A stretch of DNA of 63,791 nucleotides, the filler included, from Welwitschia mirabilis (lineage: Eukaryota), in NCBI GenBank assembly GCA_051453625.1. It is 8 parts of one record of this genome, joined end to end, with 100 filler letters (N's around TTAATTAATTAA, not from the genome) between each part and the next. Parts side by side here need not be neighbours in the genome. Positions count along the whole stretch, not along the records: positions 51,067 to 55,922 come from JBOZIK010000001.1; positions 56,023 to 59,815 come from JBOZIK010000001.1; positions 59,916 to 62,364 come from JBOZIK010000001.1; positions 62,465 to 63,791 come from JBOZIK010000001.1; 4 more parts are not named here. One strand, given 5' to 3'. The notes under the pieces were generated by a model. It did no database searches, was not told the origin of the DNA, and saw only the letters and a list, made by a program, of their open reading frames with translations. A program made the position numbers and the translations under genes. Positions 51,067 to 63,791 of the stretch are shown here, piece after piece; within the stretch, counting starts at the first letter, position 1, and every line of letters begins with the position of its first letter.

Positions 51067-53624
51067 AGAAGAAAGAAAAAATGTATCATTCCTAGTAAGG
51101 TTTTTCTTGTTAAATCTCTTTCCAAGTTAGTCATGTAAAAATGTCCTAAATTCAAAGACTTGAGGGATACAACTGTAAGTGTTATCTTAGAAGGAAACAA
51201 AAGAATTTAAAAGGCTTTGATTGATATAGGATCAAATGTGAACATAATGCCTCTTCATATATGTAAAAAACTTGCATTAGAAAGTAGAGTTGAACCTACA
51301 TCTATCATCTTGGAATTAGCCAATACCTCAATCAAGAGACCATTAAGAATTATCAAAGATCTAGTTATCCAAATTAAGTAAGTTATTTATCCCATTGATG
51401 TTATCATAATTGAGATAGAACATGATGGAGAAGATACACTACTTTTAGAAAGAGAATTTTATGCAACTGTCCATTGTATCATTAACACACGATCTGGCAT
51501 GATGAGATACCATTTTAACAATAAATAAATTACCATCAAATTCTTTAATGATGTTGGGAAAGACATAGGAATTGAGTTTAACATTGAAGATGAATTAAAA
51601 AAAACCTTGTTTTTACAACATTGATCAATAAAAGAGTGATTAATCATGCTACATGAACCAACTTTATATGATGACCCCGATGAAACAAACTGTCTTGAGT
51701 CTAAGAATGAAGAACATGAAGAATGGGAAGAAGCTCAATATCTTTACTCAATAGAAAGACTTTTGAAGAGCATTGTTTCACGCATGTCATCCCCACGATA
51801 GACGGGACGACATCCTAGCATATCACCATGAGCTTAAGAAATTGCCCCAAGGATTAAAATACATTTTTCTTTTTGAAAATCAAATAAAACCTTTGATAAT
51901 TAGTGACTTTCTCAATCCTCAACAAGAATCCAATTTAATCTCACTCTTAAATTCAAATAAAAATGTCTTTGCTTAGACATATAAAGACTTAGATGTCATT
52001 CATCTTTTCATAGTTTAACATAAAATCTACCTTGAAAATAATGCTAAACATATTAAAAGACCCAAAAAATTACTAAATTCAGCCATTAAACAAATCATCA
52101 AAGATGAAATCATTAAACTTATGGATACCAAAATTATATATGCCATATCTGATAGTGAGTGGGTTAGCCCTTTAATAGTAGTCCCAAAGAAAGGAGGGAA
52201 ATGGAGAATGTGCATTGATTTTAGAAAACTTAATGAGGTTACTAAAAAAGATCATTACCTTTTACCCTTTCTTGATCAAGTTCTTGATAAAATCCAATGT
52301 TATACCTACTCTTGTTTTCTTGATGGATATATTTGCTATAATCAGATTTGTATAGCAAGTGAAGGTCAAGTTAAAACTACTTTCACCTCTCCCTTTGGAA
52401 TATTTACTTTTAAATAAATACCTTTTGGACTTTGTAATGCTCCTAGAACCTTTTAATGAGCCATGATGGGAATTTTTTCTAATATGATAGAAGACTCTAT
52501 TGAAAATTTTATGGATGACTTCTCTATCTTTGATGATACTTTTGAAAAAACTATAATGAGATTAGAAAAAAATCTAGATTGATATATTGAAAGTGGTTTA
52601 CACTTGAGTTGGGAAAAGAGTTTTCTCCTTATCCAATATGAAATTGTTTTAGGTCATCACATTTAAAAACAAGAGATTAGAATGGACCCCTTAAAAGTAG
52701 ATATCATTAAAAAACTTAAACCTCCAACTAATGTCAAACAGTTATATCTTTCCTTAGACATGATAGTTTTTATTGAAAATTCATTCATGAGTATGCTAAA
52801 ACTTATAAACCTCTCCACTCTTTACTTGAAAAAGATGTTAAATTCAATTGGACTAATTCATGCCAACTTGCATTTAAAACCCTTAAGAAAAACATCTTTT
52901 ATAAACCTATTATCATGAGTCCTGATTGGAATAAATACTTTGAACTTATGTGTGATGCAAGAAACATTATTATAGGAGGGTTCTTGGCCAAAAGTATGAA
53001 AATGGTTTCAAAGTCATATCTTATCTTAGCAAAGCTTTGTAAAGTGCCCAATCTAACTACANNNNNNNNNNNNNNNNNNNNNNNNNNNNNNNNNNNNNNN
53101 NNNNNNNNNNNNNNNNNNNNNNTCTTGATTTTCATATCAATGTTTACATAGATCATGTAGCCATTCGCTATCTCATGACTAAAAAAGATTCAAGTGCCAA
53201 ACTTATTAGGTGAATCCTTCTAATGTAAGAATTTAATCTTACCATCATTAATAAGGTTGAAAAACATAACATTATTGCTGATCATCTTTCTTGACTTTCT
53301 TGCTCCCATGATGATACTTCATTAATGACTTTTTTCCTAATGAGTAACTCTTTTCAATTAAACAACTATATGCTATCTCATCTTCTCATCCTGCTCCTTA
53401 ATATGCTTACATCATGAATTAGCTTGTGACTATGAAAAATCCTCAGCATTAGAACCATAATTAACACAAAAATTTTCTTCATAGGATTAATGATTATGAA
53501 TGTAATAAACCCCATCTTTATAGATATTGCAAAGATCAAATTATGCATAAATGTATGCATGAATGGGAAACCTTAGAAATCTTAAAACTTTACCATGGTG
53601 GGTATGTAGAGGATACTTTAGTGG
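51067..53624 (+). pseudogene. Athila-type pol pseudogene: aspartic protease, RT, RNase H and start of the integrase zinc finger
   Basis: KALIDIGSNVNIMP (~51210-51255); SEWVSPLIVVPKKGGKWRMCIDFRKLNEVTKKDHYLLPFLDQVLD..FLDGY.CYNQI (ORF 52121-52417); FMDDFSIF (~52508-52531); PDWNKYFELMCDA (ORF 52915); TDHVAIRYLMTKKDSSAKLIR*-like (~53145-53215). Many stops and frameshifts. Confidence 0.92.
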
Positions 53625-55922
53625 TGTTGCGGTGTGTATTTATGTAACATTTTATGTTTTGATTTAAATCCTATTAATTATAATAAGATGCACAAATATA
53701 GCACGCTAGTATTTCAATAAAGAAATATGTAACCTTAATCTACTGAATTAAATGGTAATGTATGAAATTGAAATAACAATTCAAAACTAATATATGAAAA
53801 GAAACAGCGATGCACCTAATCTAATCAAGCTTAATCTTAACAAAGGTTGCCTTTATAATCTATATAATTAAAGAAACCTGTCACGAATCTTAAATAACAT
53901 AAACTATGAGGGATAAGTTCTTGCAATTATTAATAAAAAGGATAATTCATATTAAAAGTGAAAAGGCATCTGTATTACAAAGTAGTCATTCCTTAATGGA
54001 GGATAAACTGCCCAACACCAAGGTAATGTCTTTCTGGATTACAAGATGATTCTCTAGTCCCAAGATCTCCTATCATGAGAATGTTAGGTATTATTGAAGA
54101 TGATTAAGGATTAAGGAGGAGACCTTTATTTATAGATAAAAAGGGAAAGGGAACTGACTAAACAGTAAATTAGAAACTCTAGCTAACATGCAAGGGAAAG
54201 TCACAAAGAACAGGTGACAACTTGGGAATACATTCTGTAAAAGTGATAGAGAACAATGTCGTCTTGATGGTTATCTAGATGATGGAGGAGACTACAAGGA
54301 TTGAAAATGAGTTATCTGCTTAGCTCCTAGTTTACTTCTAATGATCTACATGTAAACTGTTATCTATTATTTTTGGATATGTCATCCACTAGTGTCGTCT
54401 AGATGATGAGGTAGACGATGATGTTTGATAAGAAGGTCTTTAGTTCAACTATAAGTTATCTTAAAAGGACTCTGTCATATGCTCAATTAGGGTTGTCATC
54501 CTGCTTGTCATGGGGACGACGGAGGGGATGATAGAATTTTCTTCATCTTTTTTCAGTCTAATAACTTGCTGTTTGCAGGAATAATTATCTAAAAATATAA
54601 TTTATCTATATCTGCATGAAATACTTATGAATTATCTGATAAACTACATGTTTTCATCTTGTGCTTCTAGATTCTCGATTGTCATAGGAATTAGGAATTT
54701 ATTTATTATTTTATTTGCAAAAGAACTCAAAATACCCTATCAAATACATCTTAGTTGGCATTGTAATATAGCCCCCCACTTAGCCTTGTTAGTCCCTGAC
54801 AAAACTAGGTAGTAAACCATGTTTGTGAGCCAACTTTTCAACAATAAAAGAGCTAGGATATCTAAAGAAGACGATTAAAATATATCTATCAGTAATGGAC
54901 TGGATTCAAAAATTTCAAAAATTGAATAAAATATCTATGTAGCATTAGATGTTTGTCGTTTGGTCTGTCGTCCAAACGATAGTGGGGATGACAGGCTCCT
55001 TAAAAGTTTTTTAGAGTCTGGAACTTATGAAAGAAATCATATGTTGCATTAATATTAGATCTTCTCTATGTTAAATTGTCAAATAAAAAGATGATCATCA
55101 AAATTTGAATAATTCTATTTCAGAAATATGCAATCATGTATTCATAATCGAAAAATTTATATCAGAAAAATGTAATACTAAAATTATATCAGAAATATGC
55201 AATACTAAAATTATATGTGTATCCTACCCCCTACTTAAAATATGCAATGCATCATGAATTGCTTAAGCTAATGAAAATAAAAAAGGTAACAATGACTGGA
55301 ATGAAAACTACTAAACTAATAAAGTTCTAAGAAAAGAAAAAAAATGGAAAAATGACTAGAAAATAGTAAACATGGAAAAAAAGAAAAGAAGAGGAGAAAT
55401 AGACATAAGAAACAAGAATAAGAATGTTTACTTATTCTAAGTCCTAATGTGGCAAACTTTAAAGGAAAACAGCATAACATTACTTGATTGAAGATACATA
55501 ACAAAATGTATTAACTTGATAAAGTTCATTCGAAAGGGCAGTGGTGATGGTGAGATCCAAGGTTTCGAGTGTGTAGAATAATAAAGGTTAAAATCAAAAA
55601 GTACTAAGAAATGGACTCATCTATTTCTACTTACAAATTCACCAAAATCTCCAAAAGTGAAATGATTAAGTGGAAATACTAAAATTAGTATTTCTTTTGC
55701 CATGATGAGGGGAGTGCAACCACTATTAGAAGAGTAAGAACCCACAAAGCATGGTCAACTGACCCCATAGTGGAGTTCCCACAGCTATCATATTACACTA
55801 CCAAAGGCTCCTCTTGGAAATATTTGCCCCGATGTACTTGTGGTAGGACATCATGCTTTTTATTTTTCTATCTTTTTCTTTGTTCTCTATTTTTTTTATT
55901 GACAAAAAGGATAATTCCAATA
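53625..55922 (-). mobile_element. Athila family-A 3' LTR (53625-54768) with PPT and 3' UTR, nested in the integrase of the plus-strand Athila
   Basis: The TGTTGCGG edge interrupts the GGHF-like integrase motif; the LTR ends gtaata at 54768, followed by tagccccccacttagcc (reverse-complement PPT). Confidence 0.9.
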
Positions 55923-56022
55923 NNNNNNNNNNNNNNNNNNNNNNNNNNNNNNNNNNNNNNNNNNNNTTAATTAATTAANNNNNNNNNNNNNNNNNNNNNN
56001 NNNNNNNNNNNNNNNNNNNNNN

Positions 56023-57114
56023 TGATAGTTGTACCTCTTCTCTAGATATAGATGTGTATAGCTTTCTGACATCAACTATTCTCTTTTGTTCTCTTATTCT
56101 CTTGGGATAGTTCCTGATCATATGAAAATGCCCATAATTATAGCATTTAGTAGCCTTAGAATCCTATAGTTTCATTCTTATAGCTAAAAATGGTAGTGTC
56201 CCAATGTCTTACCTCTTTCCTAGGGTTATATGATCTCCAATTTATTCACCCTGATAGCCTCATGCTAACATCTAGCTCTACTTGTTTCTAGGTTCCTGTA
56301 AAAGGCCTCTTCCTAGTATGATTTCTCTTCTACTCCAAGGGATTTCCTCATCTATCATGAAAATTTTTACTACTAGATCAAGATTTCTCATCTATCCTTA
56401 CCTTTTCTAAGGCCTTTGCAAATATCTTTGGCTAGAATAACTGACTTGTTCCTGAATAATAGGATATAAACCAGCCATAAGCCTTTAAATTTTAACTATT
56501 TTATTATGAGCTATCTTAGGCACATACCTAAATAGCTACATAAATTTGTTCTCATATAGATTTACTGACATCAATTCCTATCTAAGGCTATAGAATTATT
56601 TTGCTTTAGCATTTCTATAAAACTTTGATATGAATCTAGCTTGAAATAAAGCTCTCCTCAAAGACTTCCTAGGTAATCTAATTAGGAAAGGTGGGTTGCT
56701 TCTTTTCTGAATCCCATCATAAGGCTGCGCTTTTACATAACTAATGCACAGCTAAGGTGGCCCTTTATTGAGACGTAAAGTTAAATAGCTTTAACTCTTT
56801 ATTAATGGAAATTAGCTAGGCCTTACCTTCATCTGCAGTATCTGCCCCTTTAAAGACTGATGAATTCATTCACCAAAAATGCATCATCAATATTTGAATT
56901 GGTTCCTTATCATTTTTATCATCTCTCCTATTCTAAAGCCCTTCCACAAGGTGATTCACCGTGGTCACCAATGATTTTACATCATCAGAGGGAGGTTGTA
57001 TAGCTCTTCTAGGGGTCATTTATCTTGCCAAAATTAGAAGGAAATGCAAGATAAATGCTAGGGAAAAAATTTATTAATCAAATTTTTATGTTATAACCTA
57101 GAGCTATGATACCA
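56023..57114 (-). mobile_element. Tekay-like Ty3/gypsy gag remnant with tRNA-Met PBS (57103-57114)
   Basis: Minus-strand MSVNLYENKFM*LFRYVPK (~56515-56572), zinc-knuckle relic KCYNYGHFHMIRNYP (~56105-56150), and TGGTATCATAGC 4 nt from a TGTAAT LTR edge at 57119. Confidence 0.8.
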
Positions 57115-57118
57115 AAAA

Positions 57119-59553
57119 TGTAATGTCCCTACTTCAAAATTTCATAAATGACTAGTTAACAAGATGATATGATAATAATTGTAATCTAAAGAGTAATGAG
57201 AAATGATCAACTTCAACTATCTAAATTCATGTCATGAAGTCTTAAGAGGTTTTAAATAATGCTTTTAGTATATGTAGAATATTTAATGACAACAATAGTA
57301 ATTATCCCTTGCATCTCAAATTTCATAGAATAACAAGGCCAGATTGCAAAAATAAATATGCTGTGGTATACATATTAATCAATACTATTCAATACTATAG
57401 CCTATCTTTAACAACCTTACCTAGTTGGGATTCCAAGGTGTGGTTACTGAGTCAAACATTTATGATTCGTGCCCATATGAAGATGTCTAATCCTAATGAT
57501 TTCTAGGAAAATTACTTTAATGAGTCAAATATGCACATATATTTATTTTATGTTTTATGTTACTTTAATATACATGTAGATTAATATGAATGATGAGAAG
57601 AAATGTTAATATTATTAGGTGACTTATTAAGCAAAAAAAATTTATTAGAAGTCATTTGAGAGAATTGAACCCAAAAAACTTATGCTATAGACTTAACATT
57701 ATGTGGGTAACTAGTTAGGTAGTTAACATGATCTAAAGTTTGGAATTTAGTCCTTTGTGGAGAAGATGTATGAAAAGGGGGGAAATGTAGTAGAGATAAA
57801 GAAGATATGGGAGTTAAATTGAGCAGATGAATTTGGCAAATGTGGAGAAGGCTAGAAAAAGAAAGCATGGGTGCAACATAAATTCTATGAAAATGAAGAT
57901 CAAGGAAAATGATCACTGAGGTAGAGAGACAAAAAGGGAGAAGAAAGGAGGTGTGATAAATGGAAAAATGGTGAAGCATTACAATGTTCAACATAGACAT
58001 ATAGGATTAAGAAAATGCTAAACCGGGTATGAATTAACACAAGAGAAAGTTGGGTTCTACAATAACAACATGATGGAAGGGGTAGCAAGCTGTAGTTCAG
58101 CAGCCTAAGTAATGGTGAAAAATGGAAAAACACTATCTTTGCTATGGTAGTGATGAGAAGAAATAGGTCTATATTAGAAAGAATAAATGCAGTTGAAAGG
58201 GAGAACACATGAGTTCCAGAGCTGAGGAGAAAGATAAAACATGCACAGGTAACTTGGAGGAGGTAGAAATGGGAGGTGAACATCATAAAAGGAGGCTACA
58301 CAGTGGGTTGCAATTGAAGGAGAGACAGACAGCATGGGAGATAGTGGCTAGAGGATCTACAAATGTTAGAGGAATTACCAAGAGCACTACAAACACAGGT
58401 CAAGGATGAGCAACTTTAGAAGAGTATAAGTAGAGGATAAAGGCCATAGTGATGTGAGATGTGAAGTTAAGACTAGCATGAAAATGTGGACATGGGTCAC
58501 CACATCAGATTGTAAGGGAACAAATCTTCAAAAGAAAAAAATTAAGATCTAATCTTACAGATAAGCAACATATAAAAAATAACTTAGGTGATATATTAAA
58601 GGCTAAGAATAATAAAAATAAATATCCCTCATAATTTTAACTATTTAACTAAGGATCTGAACTTTAGACATCTTCCTTAACTATAGCTTGTGATAACTAG
58701 TTGACTCAAAGAACTAGTTTGACAAAGACTAGAAAGATAATTATAGTTAAGATCTACCTTATAATTTCTTATAGTTAAATCCAAATTATTTCATAAATGA
58801 CCTAAGTTGCATGATCAAGCCTAGGTCATTCTCATTCTTTAATAAGCTTAACTAGTAGATCATAATCAAGTACTTGGTGAAACATTTAAAAAAGTTTAAG
58901 ATTTTTTAAGAATAAGATACACTTAGTGTATATAGAAAGAATTTATTCTATAAGTTAAGTTCATAGAAAACTTGAGATCCTTTATGAGAAAAATATAACT
59001 TTTCATACCATAATATCAAGAACAAAATATTTTACTATAATGTGTACAAGCAGAAAGTGTAGTAAGGGAATACTAAAATACCATAAGACAGATTAAATAT
59101 CAACTAAATAAATACAACTTCATTAATGGATAATAAGTTTTAGTATAGATCACACTAATAATTAACACATCATAATTAAAAACTAACCCTAACTAAAACA
59201 CATGTCATGTAATGACTAAAATAAAGAATAACACAATACTTTTACATGACTATAGAAACATAGAAGTAACATGCAATAACAACATGATTATTAGTTCGTC
59301 TCAACTTTTCTATATGCAACATTTCCTGCATAGGCACATGTGGTATGAGAACTAAATCATCATAGCTCCCATTATGGTCCACAACATGGAATAGGTTGGA
59401 AAGGTTTTTAAGACAAGCTAAGATTACATAACAAGAAATATGATCAAGATGTCCATCAATTTACATTATCTCTTTTAGTGATATTTCACCACATTAACAC
59501 AAGTAAATGAATTGTACATAACTAGAAGGGATAAGATTATTTATAATGGTGCA
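57119..59553 (-). mobile_element. LTR-like region adjoining the PBS (possibly composite)
   Basis: Starts TGTAATGTCCC next to the PBS; non-coding, with a purine-rich block at 57760-58500; far boundary undefined. Confidence 0.45.
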
Positions 59554-59815
59554 TGTTGTGGTGTGTATTTGTATAATAGTTCACGTTTCAATTTCAATCC
59601 TATTAATTATAATAAGATGCAAAATACAACACGCTAGGATAGACGGAGTGATCCGAATGTCGTAATTCCATTGAAGGCCAATGGTATGGACAATAAAGAG
59701 TTGATTTCAGAAGAAATATGTAACCTTAATCTATTAAATTAAATTTCAATGCATGAAATAGAATAGCGATGCAAGACTAATCTATGAAAATAAATAGCGA
59801 TGCACCTAATCTAAT
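59554..59815 (-). mobile_element. Athila family-A LTR end fragment (cut by a gap)
   Basis: tgttgtggtgtgtattt..aatcctattaattataataagatgc matches 18505, 20031 and 53625. Confidence 0.85.
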
Positions 59816-59915
59816 NNNNNNNNNNNNNNNNNNNNNNNNNNNNNNNNNNNNNNNNNNNNTTAATTAATTAANNNNNNNNNNNNNNNNNNNNNNNNNNNNN
59901 NNNNNNNNNNNNNNN

Positions 59916-62236
59916 ATGGTTGTACTTCCCTTTCATGGATAATGAAATAATAAAAACTTTGAGGCTACAAAATCAGTGGTATTCCTAGTATCATCAGAGG
60001 CATTTCTCATTTCCTAAACTCTTAGTCTTTTTACATGATCATTTTATTTTTAAGGATTCAGGTGTTTATTTTGGGATGTAAGTAGGTAAGTTTATTTTTG
60101 AGCAATTCTTTGATCTTATTACTTATTATTTAAAGCACTTAATTTTTAGCATCATCATAACCACTACCTTATCAAATGGAATTTTGCATATTTATATATT
60201 TAGTCATGCATTTTTAAATTAAGTAATGTTATAATTTCTTCTATAAGAGTTTGTTAGGATAAAATATACAGTGGGTAGGCTATCTTCTTTATGTTCCTTA
60301 TGTTCATTCTTTTTGTTTTCTTTCATTGTTTAGTTAGTTATTTTAAAGTTATTTTCATATTTTCTTATCATATTAAGATCTTAACATATAATGGTTTCCT
60401 TGCTTAACTTTTAATAAAATTGATTTCTTAATTAGATGAGTTTCTCTACATATTTATTTTTAATCTTTTAGAGTTCTAAACAATGTTCATAATCATTTTT
60501 GGTCAAACATACTTTTGGATACTCATGAATTTACTTCATCCTAATTAGTACATTTTCATTATCATGATTATTAAAAGATTCCTTTCATTTGTATTTTTCA
60601 AATGTGGCATCTCTGCACTAAACCTTACACTCCATTTTTTAAATGTCAAAATTCAAAAACACCCATCGTCCACCTTTTCATTTAGACATAATGATTTTTA
60701 TATAATTTCTTTTGTTCATTAGCTAATATGTGATGTATTGTTTTTCTTGAGGAAGGCTAGAACTCATTTTCAGGACTCATTTTTATAATTGTTTAGGTTA
60801 TTTTAAATCTTTCATGAGACATAATTTTTGCAATTTTTAGTCCATGCACATGATGCATTACCTATTACTTTTTGCTATGTAATATGTTTAAGATTATTTA
60901 TGAGCCTGTTTTAAAATTTATAAATTGATTTTTTTAAGATAATTTAACTCTTTCTTATAGTTGTTCTTCTACCTTTTATAAAGGACTGAAAAAGGCTAAG
61001 TGGGGGGATATGATGTATTGTAAATTGTACTATTTGATGGGGTTGTATGAGATATTTTGTAAGACATTTATATAGGTTTAGATATAATTCTAAGGATTAT
61101 TGAGAGTTGATGGATGATTACAAAAATGTGTAATTCTTGACATGTTTAGAGGCATTTAAATCATATTCTAATACTTAGCACCCTAAAGGAAGATCCTTGA
61201 TAAAAAAAATAGACTTCTCTTAAATTAGAAGGGCAAAGAGGATTATTAGGCCCCCGATAGGTAGGATGACAACACCATATAAGCCACATGAGAATGCTAA
61301 TGTGAATTGAAGTTGATACCACTAAAGTCATCTTTTCTAAAGGATGTCATCTCCATGGTCTTCCTCATGACATCTATAATGACAAATAATAATGTATGTA
61401 CCATTGTCCCCTTGGTTGTCCCCATAATAGTTAGGATAATACCTAAAATGTCCAACTAACTTGCTTCCATTTTATCTATTTCTTTCTTAAATTTAAGTCT
61501 GTTTTTTAGTACATTTTGTGTGTGAGTTTTGCCTTCTATTTTATATAAATAAACCCTTACAAGACTCTTCTATCCATCCTTGATGCACCAAATATTCTTG
61601 TGACAGAAGATCAAAGAATAAAAGATCCATCTTATGAGTTATATTAAGACATTTCCTTGGTAAAGTGTTGTGCATCTTCCATTGAGGCATGGTTTTTTTG
61701 TAGCCTAGATGCTAGTTTGATTCTTAATATAAGACTTTATTTCTTTTATGCATTTATACATTTAATTTTCTTTCTTATTTATGTTATTATTAATTTGGTG
61801 ATTTTCTCATTAATAATATAGGTCTTAAGGGTAATATTTGTTAAGATTGACAAAGGTAGTTTAGAATCATTTTTCATTACATTTATTTGACTCACTTCAT
61901 AGCCTAAGTCAGTCTCCATTAGTGATAGTCTTCCTAGCTGATCTAGGTTACAGACTCAATTTTCTTAACAAGTCAATTTGGTAATTGAATAAGTATTCAT
62001 CTAGTTTAAGTTACATTTGTATTACATTATATGTTATTTTCTTACATTATTCTTAAGATTGGAATTTAATATTTCCTTTTAAAATCAATTCTCTTTCCTC
62101 TCTCACATTTCTTTAATGGATTTATGACATTTGGGTCACTTTCATTTATACTAAATTGTTACATTTTTTAATATATTTATTCTGATGAATAAGATTTAGT
62201 GAGATGTAAATAATTGTAAAAATATGCACCGCAACA
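59916..62236 (+). mobile_element. Athila-type 3' UTR, PPT and complete 3' LTR (61011-62236)
   Basis: ggctaagtggggggata PPT, then TGATG...CACCGCAACA; related to the family A/B LTRs. Confidence 0.85.
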
Positions 62237-62305
62237 AATACCAAAGGAGAAACTAAGAGAAACAAAATAGAATTGGACAACTAGAAATATAAAAAAGATT
62301 GTATA

Positions 62306-62364
62306 TGTTGTGGTGTGTATTCATGTAATGTTTACATCCTAAATAGAATCCTGTTAATCACAAA
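62306..62364 (-). mobile_element. Athila family-A LTR end fragment
   Basis: tgttgtggtgtgtattcatgtaatgttt..aatcctgttaatcacaa. Confidence 0.75.
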
Positions 62365-62464
62365 NNNNNNNNNNNNNNNNNNNNNNNNNNNNNNNNNNNN
62401 NNNNNNNNTTAATTAATTAANNNNNNNNNNNNNNNNNNNNNNNNNNNNNNNNNNNNNNNNNNNN

Positions 62465-63791
62465 TTTTGGTTTTTTATTTACTATTTAAGTATGCAGGAA
62501 CATGGTAAATTTCGGTAGGAAGACGAAATATCAGAGAGAGCAAACCTGATCAAAGAAACCATCAGAGATGGATTATTTGACTTTGAGCTAAATCTAGGTA
62601 CATACATTCCAGGTATGCAAATTTCTAAAATTAAAGAAGAAGATTTTTCTACTTTTATTATTTTAGAATCAAATTTTACAAAAGAACATTAAAGTATAAA
62701 AGTAGATCATGTTATTTCTTCTTTAACTATATTGAATGCATCAAAATCATTTCAAAAATAAAAGTGAATTGCTTCATCTAATATCGTAATTGTAATAAGA
62801 ACTTCTTTCTCAAATGTAAATGTTACTCTTAGAGATTTAATTGCCAATAGAAAATGTAAAATTCAAAATTCCTTTGATTTGCCTCCTGAATATGATGTAG
62901 AATTAAGAAATTTAAGTGCATATCTAACTTTTTTTGGGGGAACCTATGAAATACCTTTTCCAATATTTAGCTAATATTGAATAACTTGTGATTACCTTAG
63001 AAAATGGAAAGAAACATATTATTGACTATACTTATATGATTATTTTTCTAGTCACAGTTAGAGGAAGGGCAAAAATTTGACTTAAAACTATTCCACATAA
63101 AAGTCTTAAATCTTAAAATCAAGTGCAAGAAGTATTTATCAAATGATTTTTGAGTGAACGTTCCATGAAAAAAAAGAAGAAAAGAAGTCATCAGCATTCA
63201 ATAACAACCTTATGAGAATTATACAATAGACTATGAACATTTTATAATAGCTAATACTTCCAACCATATTGATGAATTTCATAAGAAAGAGCTAGTTGAT
63301 TATTTCTATAGTGGATTCAATGCTCAAATTAAACAACTTATAAAATTTTCTTGTAAAGGCAACTTATTGAACTTTAGTCTCAGAAGAAGCATGGAGTGTG
63401 CTGGAAAATCTTGTAGAAATAAGCCAAACTTAGCCTAAACCCACTAAAGAAAATTAGAATGTAGGTCAAATCTTAAAGAATTTAAAGGAAGTTAAATATG
63501 AAAGGTAAGACGAAAGAGAGGATTCAATCAACTTGATGAAAAAAATTCACTACTACTTTAGAGAAGTATACACAAATGATAGTTGATTCAAAAGTAGTGA
63601 AGAATGAAAACTCAACTTCAAATTGTGAAATTTATAAATATAACTCTCATCCAACTAAAGAGTGTTCTTTATTACCAACATGTAAGGAGAGGATGTTTAA
63701 GGAATTTTATGCTTTCAACCAAAGAACACCTAATTTTACAAGCCAATCACAATTTCAACAAAAATTGAGTGAATCATCTAAATGAAAACCT
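62465..63791 (+). pseudogene. Third decayed Athila gag copy
   Basis: VTLRDLIANRKCKIQNSFDLPPEYDVELRNLSAY (~62820-62925) is homologous to 17610-17750; YFYSGFNAQIKQ (~63300); zinc-knuckle relic CEIYKYNSHPTKECSLL (ORF 63576-63785). Confidence 0.85.

Noticed and set aside
52121..52417. Functional reverse transcriptase gene
   Set aside because: A clear Athila RT fragment, but bracketed by in-frame stops and frameshifts, so it is a pseudogene.
57680..58409. Overlapping 66-128 aa ORFs
   Set aside because: By-products of a purine-rich/pyrimidine-rich strand bias in LTR-like DNA; no domain motif.
59183..59198. Telomere-like aaccctaa
   Set aside because: Single copy; common in plant LTRs.

Overview
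Very AT-rich eukaryotic, land-plant-type intergenic DNA from a fragmented draft assembly, with no intact protein-coding gene, rRNA, bona fide tRNA or CRISPR array that I can support. Seven artificial 100-bp joins (N44-TTAATTAATTAA-N44) split the window into at least 8 pieces, so long-range adjacency is not guaranteed. Almost all readable sequence is heavily decayed, nested transposon DNA: several Athila-type Ty3/gypsy elements (tRNA-Asp PBS, ~1.1-1.3 kb LTRs of two sister families), four chromovirus-type Ty3/gypsy remnants (three Tekay-like, one CRM/Galadriel-like with a chromodomain), a SIRE-like copia remnant, an RTEX-like LINE endonuclease, and a DUF6570-type Helitron2/Helentron-like remnant at the left edge. 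Decay is dominated by C>T/G>A changes. The only CpG-retaining island (~2240-5220) is a candidate gene or ncRNA locus with no recognisable ORF. The most unusual signals are two structured tandem arrays in retrotransposon 5' leaders that share an ancestral CpG-dense GACGTCGC core, a dispersed GTCGTCC/GGACGAC inverted motif in Athila elements, and tRNA-like Pol III cassettes in or next to TEs. All protein family calls come from manual translation and motif recall; no database searches were run, and boundaries are approximate unless TG..CA, PBS or PPT is cited.
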